From contig JAPPIT010000058.1 in the NCBI GenBank assembly GCA_028820505.1, positions 2,287 through 66,286 on the forward strand: DNA of 64,000 bases, in the 5' to 3' direction. How positions within the stretch are numbered: the first letter of the stretch is position 1; each line of letters starts with the position of its first letter. The notes under the pieces were generated by a model, which did not search any database, was not told the origin of the DNA, and saw only the letters and a program-made list of their open reading frames with translations. Position numbers and translations under genes: made by a program. This DNA comes from Defluviicoccus sp. GTDB taxonomy: Bacteria > Pseudomonadota > Alphaproteobacteria > MPNO01. Shown in pieces: positions 32,276-40,718 of the stretch.

Positions 32276-33198
32276 ACGCGCCGCCGGACATTTTCCGCGT
32301 CCCGGAGCCTCTGGAGAGCTTCGATGCCGAGATGGAGGACGGCGCCGTCATCCGGGTGCGGCGCCACGGCAACCCGGACGGGCCCAGGCTGGTGATGGCG
32401 CACGGCAACGGATTCGCGATCGACGCCTATTACCCGTTCTGGCGGCTGCTCACGGACCGCTACGACCTCGCGATCTACGACCAGCGCAATCACGGCCGCA
32501 ACCCGCGCCACGACGTGGACCGCCACGACGTTCCCACCTTCGTCGCCGACATGGACCGGTTGGTCGACCTCATCCCGGAGCGTTTCGGCGCCAGGCCAAC
32601 GGTCGGCGCGTTCCATTCGATCTCGGCGGTGACCGCGGTCCGGCACGCGCTGGAACGCGGCTGGAAGTGGGATGCACTCGCGCTGTTCGACCCGCCGCTG
32701 ATCCCCTCGCCCGGCCACCGGGCGCACGAGGTGGCACGGACGTTCGAGCTCGGTCTCGCGGACTGGGCGGCGGCGCGGCCGGACCGGTTCTCCGACGCGA
32801 TGGAGCTCGCCGTCCGCTTCGCGCGCTCGAAGAGCCTCGCGCGCTGGGTCGAGGGCGGGCACGCGCTGATGGCGCGCTCGATCACCCGCGAGGACCCGGC
32901 AACCGGAGAATTCGTGCTGTGCTGCCCGCGCGAGGGAGAGTCGCGGGTCTACCGCACCAACGCGGGGCTCGACCTCTGCCCGCGCCTCGGCGAGCTGAAG
33001 GGGCCGCTCACCTTCATCTCGTCCGACCCCGACGCGCCGGGCGCGCTGGCGCCGGGCAAGGTCGGCCGCGCGATGAAGGAAGACCACGGCATCGAATGGA
33101 CACCGATCGGAAACACCAGCCACCTGCTCCAGATCGAACGCCCCGACGCCTGCCACGCGGCGCTGGAGACCTTCCTCGCGAGGCAGGACCTCGGTTAA
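32272..33198 (+). CDS. alpha/beta-hydrolase fold protein, tandem paralog 2
   Basis: ATGA overlap with paralog 1. HGNGF, elbow AFHSISA, Asp 24 residues after the Ser, and a C-terminal NTSHLLQ His. Confidence 0.7.
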   Translation: MNAPPDIFRVPEPLESFDAEMEDGAVIRVRRHGNPDGPRLVMAHGNGFAIDAYYPFWRLLTDRYDLAIYDQRNHGRNPRHDVDRHDVPTFVADMDRLVDLIPERFGARPTVGAFHSISAVTAVRHALERGWKWDALALFDPPLIPSPGHRAHEVARTFELGLADWAAARPDRFSDAMELAVRFARSKSLARWVEGGHALMARSITREDPATGEFVLCCPREGESRVYRTNAGLDLCPRLGELKGPLTFISSDPDAPGALAPGKVGRAMKEDHGIEWTPIGNTSHLLQIERPDACHAALETFLARQDLG

Positions 33199-33201
33199 GG
33201 A

Positions 33202-33298
33202 GGTCCCTCGATACGGTCCCTTCGGGACCTACTCGGGATGAGGGAATTCCACGGATTCCCTCACCCTGAGCAGCCGCGAAGCGGCGTATCGAAGGGCG
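33202..33298. repeat. MITE-like element with terminal inverted repeats, copy 1
   Basis: ggtccctcgatacgg ... ccgtatcgaagggcg termini and an internal cctactcgggatgaggg / ccctcaccctgag stem. It fills the 103-bp gap between convergent gene ends. A reverse-complement copy lies at 62252-62359. Confidence 0.55.
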
Positions 33299-33301
33299 GC
33301 G

Positions 33302-34339
33302 TCAACGGCCCTCGACGCGCATGTCGGCCGGCACGATGCGGCCGCCGTCCACGATCGTCTCGCCGTCGAGTGTGAGCGTGCAGCCCTTGAGCGGGATGTC
33401 GATATGGCACAGCGTGTCGTTGTCCCCGCCGACCTCGGTATTGGGGCCGGTCGAGAATAGGACGTTGCCGTAGAACGCGCGGCCGTCCTGGCCGGTCGAG
33501 TCCGCCGCCGCCGGGTCGGTGCCCATGAAATCCCAGCGCGCCCTCGGGTCGAGCCCCCAGCCGATATGGGAAACCGAGTAGGCGCGCGGGTCGTCATAGC
33601 CCGCCATGAAGCTCCTGAGCAGCGCCGCGTCGAGCCCCTCGCCGCCGATGTCGGTGATCATGCCGCTCTCGATGGTGAGCGTGATCGGATCGGTGACGTA
33701 GCGCATCGTGGGCAACAGCAGCTGATCGCCGGTGTCGATCACCACCGTCCCGTCGACGCCGTCCTCCACCGCCGCGGTGTAGAGGAACACGCCCGGCCAG
33801 TGGTCCCACCGGCCCGGCTTGTCGGTGTAGCCGTACTGCTCGCCGATCCGGTAGCCGCCGAAACGGTAGGTCACGTCGGTGCCGCCCGGCGAGGTAATGC
33901 GCATCTCCTTCGCCTTGGCCAGCCTGGCCGAGCCGGCCTCTATCCGGCGCCGGTCGTCCGGATTCGACACCATCCGCTTGAGCACGTCGATCGGCTCGAT
34001 GACGAGCAGCATGCGCGGACCGGCGTCGGTGATCTCGGTCTGCTCCCTCGACCACAGCAGGCCGACCAGGTCCACCACCATGTCGACGCTCTTGAGCGCG
34101 GCCTTGGCCGGCTCGTTGCCCTGGAGCGAATTGCCCGGGCCGAAGAAGCTTCCGGGCTTCTTCCTGATGTTGACCTGGAACGCGTCCGCTTCGAGCTCTG
34201 CCGCGGCGGCGAGGAACGCCGCCGCATGCTCGGCCCGGACATCGTCCTCCGAAAGCACGGCGAGGCTGGTCCCCGCCCCCACATCGCAAAGCTCGAGCTG
34301 TTTCCTGAACAACGCGACCGTTTCGGCATTCGCAGCCAT
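33302..34339 (-). CDS. aminopeptidase-T (M29)-fold protein, candidate 2,5-dihydroxypyridine 5,6-dioxygenase (NicX/Hpo-like)
   Basis: 345 aa from MAANAE. His258 and His312-x-Asp314 (CHIDIPLKG) are spaced like the H265/H318/D320 iron ligands I recall for NicX. Last gene of the coxLSM-Rieske operon. Confidence 0.55.
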   Translation of the reverse strand: MAANAETVALFRKQLELCDVGAGTSLAVLSEDDVRAEHAAAFLAAAAELEADAFQVNIRKKPGSFFGPGNSLQGNEPAKAALKSVDMVVDLVGLLWSREQTEITDAGPRMLLVIEPIDVLKRMVSNPDDRRRIEAGSARLAKAKEMRITSPGGTDVTYRFGGYRIGEQYGYTDKPGRWDHWPGVFLYTAAVEDGVDGTVVIDTGDQLLLPTMRYVTDPITLTIESGMITDIGGEGLDAALLRSFMAGYDDPRAYSVSHIGWGLDPRARWDFMGTDPAAADSTGQDGRAFYGNVLFSTGPNTEVGGDNDTLCHIDIPLKGCTLTLDGETIVDGGRIVPADMRVEGR

Positions 34340-34424
34340 CGTTCCCTCCGCCTTCTGCCGCCCGTCCCGGGCGCTTTCCGGAAACGCTATCACCCGCTGT
34401 TCCGGGCGGCAAGGAAAGCGCGCC

Positions 34425-34895
34425 TCAGACCGGCTTGGCGAGGAGCGTCGGGATCGAGAACGTGTCGAGCACGACGACGCGCTCGACGAATTTGAGGGCG
34501 CCGCCGAAGAACCCCATCGTGTCGCGGTAGCAGCCGATCGCGAACAGGCGCGAGACGCCCTCCACGTCGGTCTGGTAGAGCGCGTAATTCGTCTCCGCTT
34601 CGATCCGTTCGCCTGGATCGGCGGCTATCCGGGGCGGGCCGGTGATGTGGCGCGTGGTGTGCGGGTTGAACGTGTTGGCCCTGAGCAACGAGACGATCCG
34701 GTCGCTCAGCGCCTTCTTGGTCTCGCACAGCATCACGCTGCCCGGCAGGCCCTGCTGGACGTTCTCCAGCGGCACGATGCGATAGGCGCATTCGTCGTGG
34801 AACAGGTCGAGCCAGGCCTGCCAGTCCTCGTTGTCGAGGGCGGCGGAGGACTCGGCGATCAGGGCTTCGACCCGCGCCCGGAGCTCGATGTCCAC
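34425..34895 (-). CDS. aromatic-ring-hydroxylating dioxygenase beta subunit (SnoaL-like fold)
   Basis: 156 aa. NEDWQAWLDLFHDECAYRIVP, typical of small subunits. Sits 4 nt after the alpha subunit stop. Confidence 0.75.
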   Translation of the reverse strand: MDIELRARVEALIAESSAALDNEDWQAWLDLFHDECAYRIVPLENVQQGLPGSVMLCETKKALSDRIVSLLRANTFNPHTTRHITGPPRIAADPGERIEAETNYALYQTDVEGVSRLFAIGCYRDTMGFFGGALKFVERVVVLDTFSIPTLLAKPV

Positions 34896-34899
34896 CTGC

Positions 34900-36159
34900 T
34901 CAGCCCTCGTTGGGGTCGAGGCCCATGATGTCGCAATAGTGGGACCAGAAGCCGCGGATCATCACGTCGTCGAGCTTTTCGTCGCCGTCGCGGATCGGCC
35001 CGCGCCCGCCCATCTCGACCACGGAGACGTCGCTGCCGCCGGCGCGGTGGCCCGACTGGCAGGATTCGAGCGCCTCCGCGTCCTCCAGCGAGACATAGCC
35101 GGCGGGTCCCGCCATGTTGGCCTGGCGCAGGCGATGGGCGGTCATCGCCTCGCTGTCGTCCTCATAGCCGAAGATCGTGAAGACGAGGTCGAACGCGCCG
35201 GGTCCCCTGGGCCGGATCTGGCGGGCGGCGAGCGCGTTCCGGATCTGCTGGAAGGTGCTGTTGGGGAAGATCGAGCACATGGTGGTCGACCGGTCGTCCT
35301 CGAACTCGCGCTCGAAGCGGAGCAGCGCCGGGTCCTGCAGCGCGAGCCGCGATCCCTCCGCGGCTTCGGCAAGAGGCCGCGGCGGGCCGGGATCGGCGGC
35401 GGGCGGCGGCGCGGTTTCGTACTCCTCGGGCGGCTGCCGGACGAAGAGCAGGCTGTGGCGCCGCTTCGGATCCATCCGCGAGCCGCAATCGTGGGTCGAC
35501 CGGTTGATCCCGAAGGTGCTCTGGAAACCGTGCAGCAGCGCGCCGTGGTAATGGTCGCGCACGTTCTCCAGATAGGCCTTCCAGTTGCTGCGCACCGACT
35601 GGCGCTGGTAGCCGAGAATCCGGATCGGCGCGCGGAACAGGCGCTCCAGGTGGGCGACATGGGTCGGGCCGAGATAGTCGCGCAGCGGCTCGACGGTCTC
35701 CGAGAAGGTGGCGAAGAGGACGCCGTTCACCCCGTCCACGCGAAGCTTCCGCAGCCCGTGGCAGGCCATGTCGAAATCGTCGGGCATACCCGGGCTGCCG
35801 CCGACGCCGTGGCGGTGGGGAATCGCGACCAGATCGCCCGTCAGGTCGTAGGTCCAGCTGTGATAGAGGCAGACATGGGCCGAGACGTTGCCGAAATTCT
35901 CGCGCTGGATCAGCGCGCCGCGATGCGAGCAGCGGTTGACGAAGGCATGGACCCGCCCGTCTCCGGCGCGGTTGAAGACGATCGGCGCCTCGCCCACGAA
36001 GGTTCGGCGGAAATCGCCCGCGTCGGGGATCTCGGCTTCGAGCCCGATGAACGACCAGGCCTCGCCCTCGAAGATGCGCTCGATTTCCAGCCGGTAGAGC
36101 GCCTCGTCGTGGTACCAGGCGTAGGGAATGCGGTCGAAGGCGGCGCCGGGACGTTCCAT
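34900..36159 (-). CDS. Rieske non-haem-iron oxygenase alpha subunit
   Basis: Rieske motif CSHRG...CLYHSW and a mononuclear iron motif DHYHGALLH. Start taken at MERPGAAF. An upstream in-frame Met at 36216 is possible. Confidence 0.8.
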   Translation of the reverse strand: MERPGAAFDRIPYAWYHDEALYRLEIERIFEGEAWSFIGLEAEIPDAGDFRRTFVGEAPIVFNRAGDGRVHAFVNRCSHRGALIQRENFGNVSAHVCLYHSWTYDLTGDLVAIPHRHGVGGSPGMPDDFDMACHGLRKLRVDGVNGVLFATFSETVEPLRDYLGPTHVAHLERLFRAPIRILGYQRQSVRSNWKAYLENVRDHYHGALLHGFQSTFGINRSTHDCGSRMDPKRRHSLLFVRQPPEEYETAPPPAADPGPPRPLAEAAEGSRLALQDPALLRFEREFEDDRSTTMCSIFPNSTFQQIRNALAARQIRPRGPGAFDLVFTIFGYEDDSEAMTAHRLRQANMAGPAGYVSLEDAEALESCQSGHRAGGSDVSVVEMGGRGPIRDGDEKLDDVMIRGFWSHYCDIMGLDPNEG

Positions 36160-36235
36160 CGTGGGTCCCCGCAATGGTCTCTTGTCCTTCGATTCTATCC
36201 GTTGAACGGCGGCCACGCCAAGCGCGGAGCGCCGC

Positions 36236-37033
36236 TCAAAGACATTCTGCTACCGCGTCCTCGGTCAGCACCCCGATCAGGTGCGCACGGTAGGCGGCGC
36301 TGCCATGCAGGTCGTCGGTGAGGCCGTCCGCCGGGACCGAGAGCCCGGCGAGCGAGTCCGCGCTGAACGAGCCGGCGAGCGCCCGCTCGAACGGCTCCAC
36401 GCGGAACACGCAGGGACCCGCGCCGGTGACCGCGACCCGGACAGTGCGGTCGGCGAAGCGGGCTAGGAAGACGCCGACGATGGAAAACCGCGATGCCGGG
36501 TTGGGAAACTTGCGGTAGCTCGCGGCGGCGGGGATCGGGAACCGCACCTCGACGATCAGCTCGCCGGGCTCCAGCGCGGTCTGGAACATGCCCAGGAAGA
36601 AATCGCCGGCCGCGACGCGGCGACGGGTGGTGACGACCTCCGCGTCGAGCGCGAGCACGGCCGACGGGTAGCAGGCGGCGGGGTCATTGTTGGCGAGCGA
36701 GCCCCCGATGGTGCCCCGGTTGCGCACCAGCGGATCGCCGATCCCACCGGCGAGATTGCCGAGCGCCGGGATGACCTCCCTCACCGTTTCCGAGGCGGCC
36801 ACCGCCGCGTGCCGCGTCATCGCCCCGATGGTGAGCACGCCGGGTTCGGCGGAAACGCCCGCCAGGTCGCCGAGCGCGGCGAGGTCGACCAGGTCGGACG
36901 GCGCCGCCAGACGGTGCTTCATCACCGGAATCAGGCTCATCCCGCCGGCCAGCGGGCGCGCCTCCTCATCCGACGCAAGCAGACTCTCTGCCTCGGCAAC
37001 CGTGCCCGGCCGGTGATAGCGGTAGGGGTACAT
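36236..37033 (-). CDS. Mo-hydroxylase FAD-binding medium subunit (CoxM-like)
   Basis: MYPYRYHRPGTVAEA start, and FAD-binding PCMH motifs AGGMSLIP and GTIGGSLANNDP. The ATG overlaps the CoxS stop by 1 nt. Confidence 0.8.
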   Translation of the reverse strand: MYPYRYHRPGTVAEAESLLASDEEARPLAGGMSLIPVMKHRLAAPSDLVDLAALGDLAGVSAEPGVLTIGAMTRHAAVAASETVREVIPALGNLAGGIGDPLVRNRGTIGGSLANNDPAACYPSAVLALDAEVVTTRRRVAAGDFFLGMFQTALEPGELIVEVRFPIPAAASYRKFPNPASRFSIVGVFLARFADRTVRVAVTGAGPCVFRVEPFERALAGSFSADSLAGLSVPADGLTDDLHGSAAYRAHLIGVLTEDAVAECL

Positions 37034-37503
37034 CAGCCCTCCGCCATCGCCCCGGCGCCGGCGAGGATTGCGGCGACGATGTTGCGGTAGCCCGTGCAGC
37101 GGCAGAGATTGCCCTCCAGCCCGGCGCGGACTGAGGCTTCGTCCGCCGCCTCGCCGCGCCGGATCATATCGAGCGCGCTCATGATCATGCCTGGCGTGCA
37201 GAACCCGCATTGCAGCGCGTGATGTTCCTTGAAGGCGGCCTGGAGCGGGCTGAGCCCCTCTTCCGGCGAGACGCCCTCGATGGTGGTAACGGCATGGCCC
37301 ACGGCCTGGGCGGCGAAGACGGTGCATGACTTCACCGCGATGCCGTCGAGATGGACCGTGCAGGCGCCGCACTGGCTGGTATCGCAGCCGACATGGGTGC
37401 CGGTGAGCCCGGCCCGGCGGCGGATGAATTCGACCAGCAGCATCCTCGGGTCGATCTCCGCCCGGTGCTCGCGGCCGTTGATGTCGAGGGTGACGGGAAT
37501 CAT
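37033..37503 (-). CDS. Mo-hydroxylase (2Fe-2S)-binding small subunit (CoxS-like)
   Basis: MIPVTLDINGREH start, a plant-type ferredoxin CGACTV cluster and a second cluster CGFCTPG...CRCTGY. Starts 1 nt after the CoxL stop. Confidence 0.85.
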   Translation of the reverse strand: MIPVTLDINGREHRAEIDPRMLLVEFIRRRAGLTGTHVGCDTSQCGACTVHLDGIAVKSCTVFAAQAVGHAVTTIEGVSPEEGLSPLQAAFKEHHALQCGFCTPGMIMSALDMIRRGEAADEASVRAGLEGNLCRCTGYRNIVAAILAGAGAMAEG

Positions 37504-39917
37504 CCGGTCCCGGCCTTTTCGAGCGCCTGCCACACCGCGTCGGGCGTATAGGGCTGGGGCACGTGGCGCACGCCGAGGTCCCAGAGCGCATCGACGATCG
37601 CGTTGCCGATCGCCGCCGGCGCGCCGATCGTGCCGGTCTCGCTGCCGCCCTTGACGCCGAGCGGGTTGGACGGCGCCGGCGTCTCCTGAAAGGTCATACC
37701 GACGACCCCGGGCATGTCGGAGGCGCGGGGCAGGGCATAGTCCATCAGCGTTCCGGAGAAGAGCTGTCCCGCGCCGCCGCCGTCATAGACCACGCGCTCC
37801 ATCAGCGCCTGTCCGAGCCCCTGGGCGAGCCCGCCGACGACCTGCCCCTCGACGATCAGCGGGTTGACGATGTTGCCGCAATCGTCGGCGGTGAAGTAGT
37901 CGCGCACCGTCACCCTGCCCGACCGCAGCTCGACGACGACCACGGCAAGATGCATCGCCTGCGGGTCGTTGGTGTCGGGCGGCTCGTAGAACACGGTTTC
38001 CTCGAGCCCCGGCTCCATCGAGCCGTCGGTGGGCAGCACCGCGGCGTGGTAGGCGGCGTCGGCCACGTCCTCGAAGCTCAGCCGACGGTCGGTGCCGCGG
38101 ACCGAGAAGACGGAACCCTCGTAAACCAGATCCTCCTCGGCGCATTCGAGCATGTGCGCGGCGAGCCGCCTGGCCTTGTCGATCACCCTGTCGGCCGCCT
38201 TCATGATCGCGACCCCGCCGACCGAGAGCGAGCGCGACCCCCAGGTGCCGTTGCCGAACGGGACGCTGCCGGTATCGCCCTCGACCAGCGCGATGTCCTC
38301 GATGGGGAGGCCGAGACGATCGGCGGCGATCTGGCAGAAGGTGGTGTCGTGACCCTGGCCGTGGCTGTGGGAGCCGACGAAGACGGTCGCCTTGCCGTCG
38401 GAATGGACGCGGACGATGGCGCTCTCGTAGCCGCCATGCAGCCCGCCGCGGCTGGCCAGGTTGCGGCTCGACCCGGTGCCCGACTTGTCGAGGAAGCAGG
38501 CGATGCCGATGCCCATCCGGACGCCCCCTTCCCGGAGCTCCTCTTGCTCGGCCCGCAGCCCGTCGTAATCGGCGATCTCCAGCAGCTTGTCGAACAGCGC
38601 CGGCGGATCGCCGCAATCGTAGGGGCGCCCGACCGGCGTGGTGTAGGGGAAGGCCTCCGCCGGGATCAGATTGCGGCGCCGGATCTCGGCCACGTCGATG
38701 CCGAGCTCGCGCGCGCCGTTTTCCAGCAGCCGCTCGTTGACGAAGGTGGCCTCGGGCCGCCCGGAGCCGCGATAGGCGTCGATGGGAACGGTGTTGGTGT
38801 AGGCCCCGCGCACGCGCAGACGCAGGTTGGGTGTGGTGTAGAGCCCGGTGACGGTCTGCGGGTAGGAATTGCCCGGGATGCTCGGCGCGAAGTTGGAGAG
38901 ATAGGCGCCGAGCGCGGCGATAGTGTCGATCTCTAGCGCGAGGATCCGGCCGTCCCCGTCGAAGGCCATGCGCGCCCTGGTGTGGTGGTCGCGCGCCTGC
39001 GCGTCCGACATCAGCGCCTCCGCCCGGGTCGAGGTCCACTTGACCGGGCGCTTCAGCAGCATCGAGGCCCACACCACCGTCGAGACCTCGACCGCGAAAT
39101 GGCATTTCAGCCCGAACCCGCCGCCGACGTCGGGCGAGATCACCCGTAGCTTGTGCTCGGGTACGTGGAGCGCGTACTTGGCGAGCCAGCGTTTGAGATA
39201 GTGGGGCGTCTGGCTGGTCGCCCAGAGCGTGATGTCGCCGGTCGCCTCGTCGAACTCGGACAGGTAGGCGCGGGGTTCCAGCGGGCTGCCGGCGACACGG
39301 TGGGTATCGAGCGTCAGCGAGACCGTGCGATGCGCCGCCGCGAACGCGGCTTCCGTCGCCGCGCGGTCGCCGCGCTCGATCTCGAAGATCAGGTTGGAGC
39401 CGAACCGCTCGTGCAGCACGGGCGCGTCCTCGTCCAGGCTGCGCGCGATGTCGGTGACCGCGGGCAGGGGTTCATAGTCGACCGCGACCGCCTCGGCGCC
39501 GTCGAGCGCGGCATAGCGGTCGTCCGCGACCACCGCGGCCACCACGTCGCCCACGTGATGCACCTTGCCGGCGGCGAGCGCCGGGCGCAGCACCTCGTTC
39601 ATCGGCCGCCCGTCGGAGAACGGCATCGGGTGAACGCATGTGAGCTCGCCGAGCCCGGCCGCCTTCCAGTCCTCGGCGGTCAGCACCCTCAGCACGCCCG
39701 GCAGCGCCGCCGCCGCGCTCGGATCGACCCCGTTTATGCGGGCATGGGCGTGGGGCGAGCGGACGAAGGCGACATGGGCAGTCCCGGCCGGCTCGATATC
39801 GTCGACGAACCGCCCGCGCCCCTTGAGGAACTTGTCGTCCTCGCGGCGCCTCAGCCTTTGTCCGACATACACGTCCCTGTCCCCGTATCGCCGGATCAAT
39901 AACGGGCAGGCTCGCAT
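37500..39917 (-). CDS. Mo-hydroxylase molybdopterin-binding large subunit (CoxL-like), first gene of coxLSM-type operon
   Basis: 805 aa. RRREDDKFLKGRGRFVDD N-terminus, GGGFG, and C-terminal GVKGGSETGTIGAPAAIGNAIVDAL. Confidence 0.85.
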   Translation of the reverse strand: MRACPLLIRRYGDRDVYVGQRLRRREDDKFLKGRGRFVDDIEPAGTAHVAFVRSPHAHARINGVDPSAAAALPGVLRVLTAEDWKAAGLGELTCVHPMPFSDGRPMNEVLRPALAAGKVHHVGDVVAAVVADDRYAALDGAEAVAVDYEPLPAVTDIARSLDEDAPVLHERFGSNLIFEIERGDRAATEAAFAAAHRTVSLTLDTHRVAGSPLEPRAYLSEFDEATGDITLWATSQTPHYLKRWLAKYALHVPEHKLRVISPDVGGGFGLKCHFAVEVSTVVWASMLLKRPVKWTSTRAEALMSDAQARDHHTRARMAFDGDGRILALEIDTIAALGAYLSNFAPSIPGNSYPQTVTGLYTTPNLRLRVRGAYTNTVPIDAYRGSGRPEATFVNERLLENGARELGIDVAEIRRRNLIPAEAFPYTTPVGRPYDCGDPPALFDKLLEIADYDGLRAEQEELREGGVRMGIGIACFLDKSGTGSSRNLASRGGLHGGYESAIVRVHSDGKATVFVGSHSHGQGHDTTFCQIAADRLGLPIEDIALVEGDTGSVPFGNGTWGSRSLSVGGVAIMKAADRVIDKARRLAAHMLECAEEDLVYEGSVFSVRGTDRRLSFEDVADAAYHAAVLPTDGSMEPGLEETVFYEPPDTNDPQAMHLAVVVVELRSGRVTVRDYFTADDCGNIVNPLIVEGQVVGGLAQGLGQALMERVVYDGGGAGQLFSGTLMDYALPRASDMPGVVGMTFQETPAPSNPLGVKGGSETGTIGAPAAIGNAIVDALWDLGVRHVPQPYTPDAVWQALEKAGTG

Positions 39918-39989
39918 CGGGTGTCAACCCGCCCTTGGCGGCACCGGCCGGGTTGGGCTATCGTGACCCGGAGCGGGAAAGGAGCCCCG

Positions 39990-40103
39990 ATGGGCGAACT
40001 GTTTGTCATCCTCGGTTTCATGGTGGTGGGCGGAATCGTCGCCTTCATCTGCGCCGAGATCGAGTGGCGGCTCGCGGGGAAACCGCGAATGACCGACCGG
40101 TAG
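39990..40103 (+). CDS. candidate 37-aa single-TM small protein
   Basis: ATG preceded by ggaaaggag at -12 to -4. MGELFVILGFMVVGGIVAFICAEIEWRLAGKPRMTDR has one hydrophobic helix. No homology assessed. Confidence 0.3.
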   Translation: MGELFVILGFMVVGGIVAFICAEIEWRLAGKPRMTDR

Positions 40104-40122
40104 GGAATCCGGGTCCCTATCG

Positions 40123-40614
40123 TCACCCCAGCCGCGTCGACCGTTCTTCGTGCCCGGCCCATTTGGGCAGGGCGTCGTCGATGTCGAGCACCCGCGCGCC
40201 ATAGAAGATGTGGCAGCGGGGCCTGAACGCTTCCGGAACGGACGGCGGATCGCCGAAATCGAACAAGGAAGGGAAGGCGAGCCACATCCGCCTCCCCTCG
40301 TCCGCGATCGGGGTGCCGCAACGCCCGCAATCGATCCTGCAGGGCAGAATACGGTCGGGCGCGTCCGTCTCGCTGTTGTAGAAGCGGAGCAGGTCGAGCC
40401 CGGCGGTCAGGCGCACGTCGCGCTTGCGGAAAATCGCCGCCCACTGCATCGGCGCGCCGTGCCGATGCTGACAATGAACGCAATGGCAGATCTTCGCGGC
40501 GACCGGATCGGCGGAGACCTCGTAGCGGACGGCGCCGCATTTGCACCGTGCCCGGTACTTGGCGTGGAACCGGGCGTCGTCCGGGCGCATGTAGAGCCGC
40601 GCGAAGTCGTCCAT
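40123..40614 (-). CDS. GFA family protein (glutathione-dependent formaldehyde-activating / CENP-V-like zinc domain)
   Basis: Cys motifs CKCGAV...CHCVHCQ...CRIDCGRCG. Confidence 0.7.
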   Translation of the reverse strand: MDDFARLYMRPDDARFHAKYRARCKCGAVRYEVSADPVAAKICHCVHCQHRHGAPMQWAAIFRKRDVRLTAGLDLLRFYNSETDAPDRILPCRIDCGRCGTPIADEGRRMWLAFPSLFDFGDPPSVPEAFRPRCHIFYGARVLDIDDALPKWAGHEERSTRLG

Positions 40615-40718
40615 GCCGGTTTCCGAAGACCTCCGGGCCGAGCCTATCCCGGGCGCCGGCTCGCGGGAAGCGCCGGGTTTCTGGACTTCCGCGCCTTTGG
40701 CACGATATTACGCCCGCC

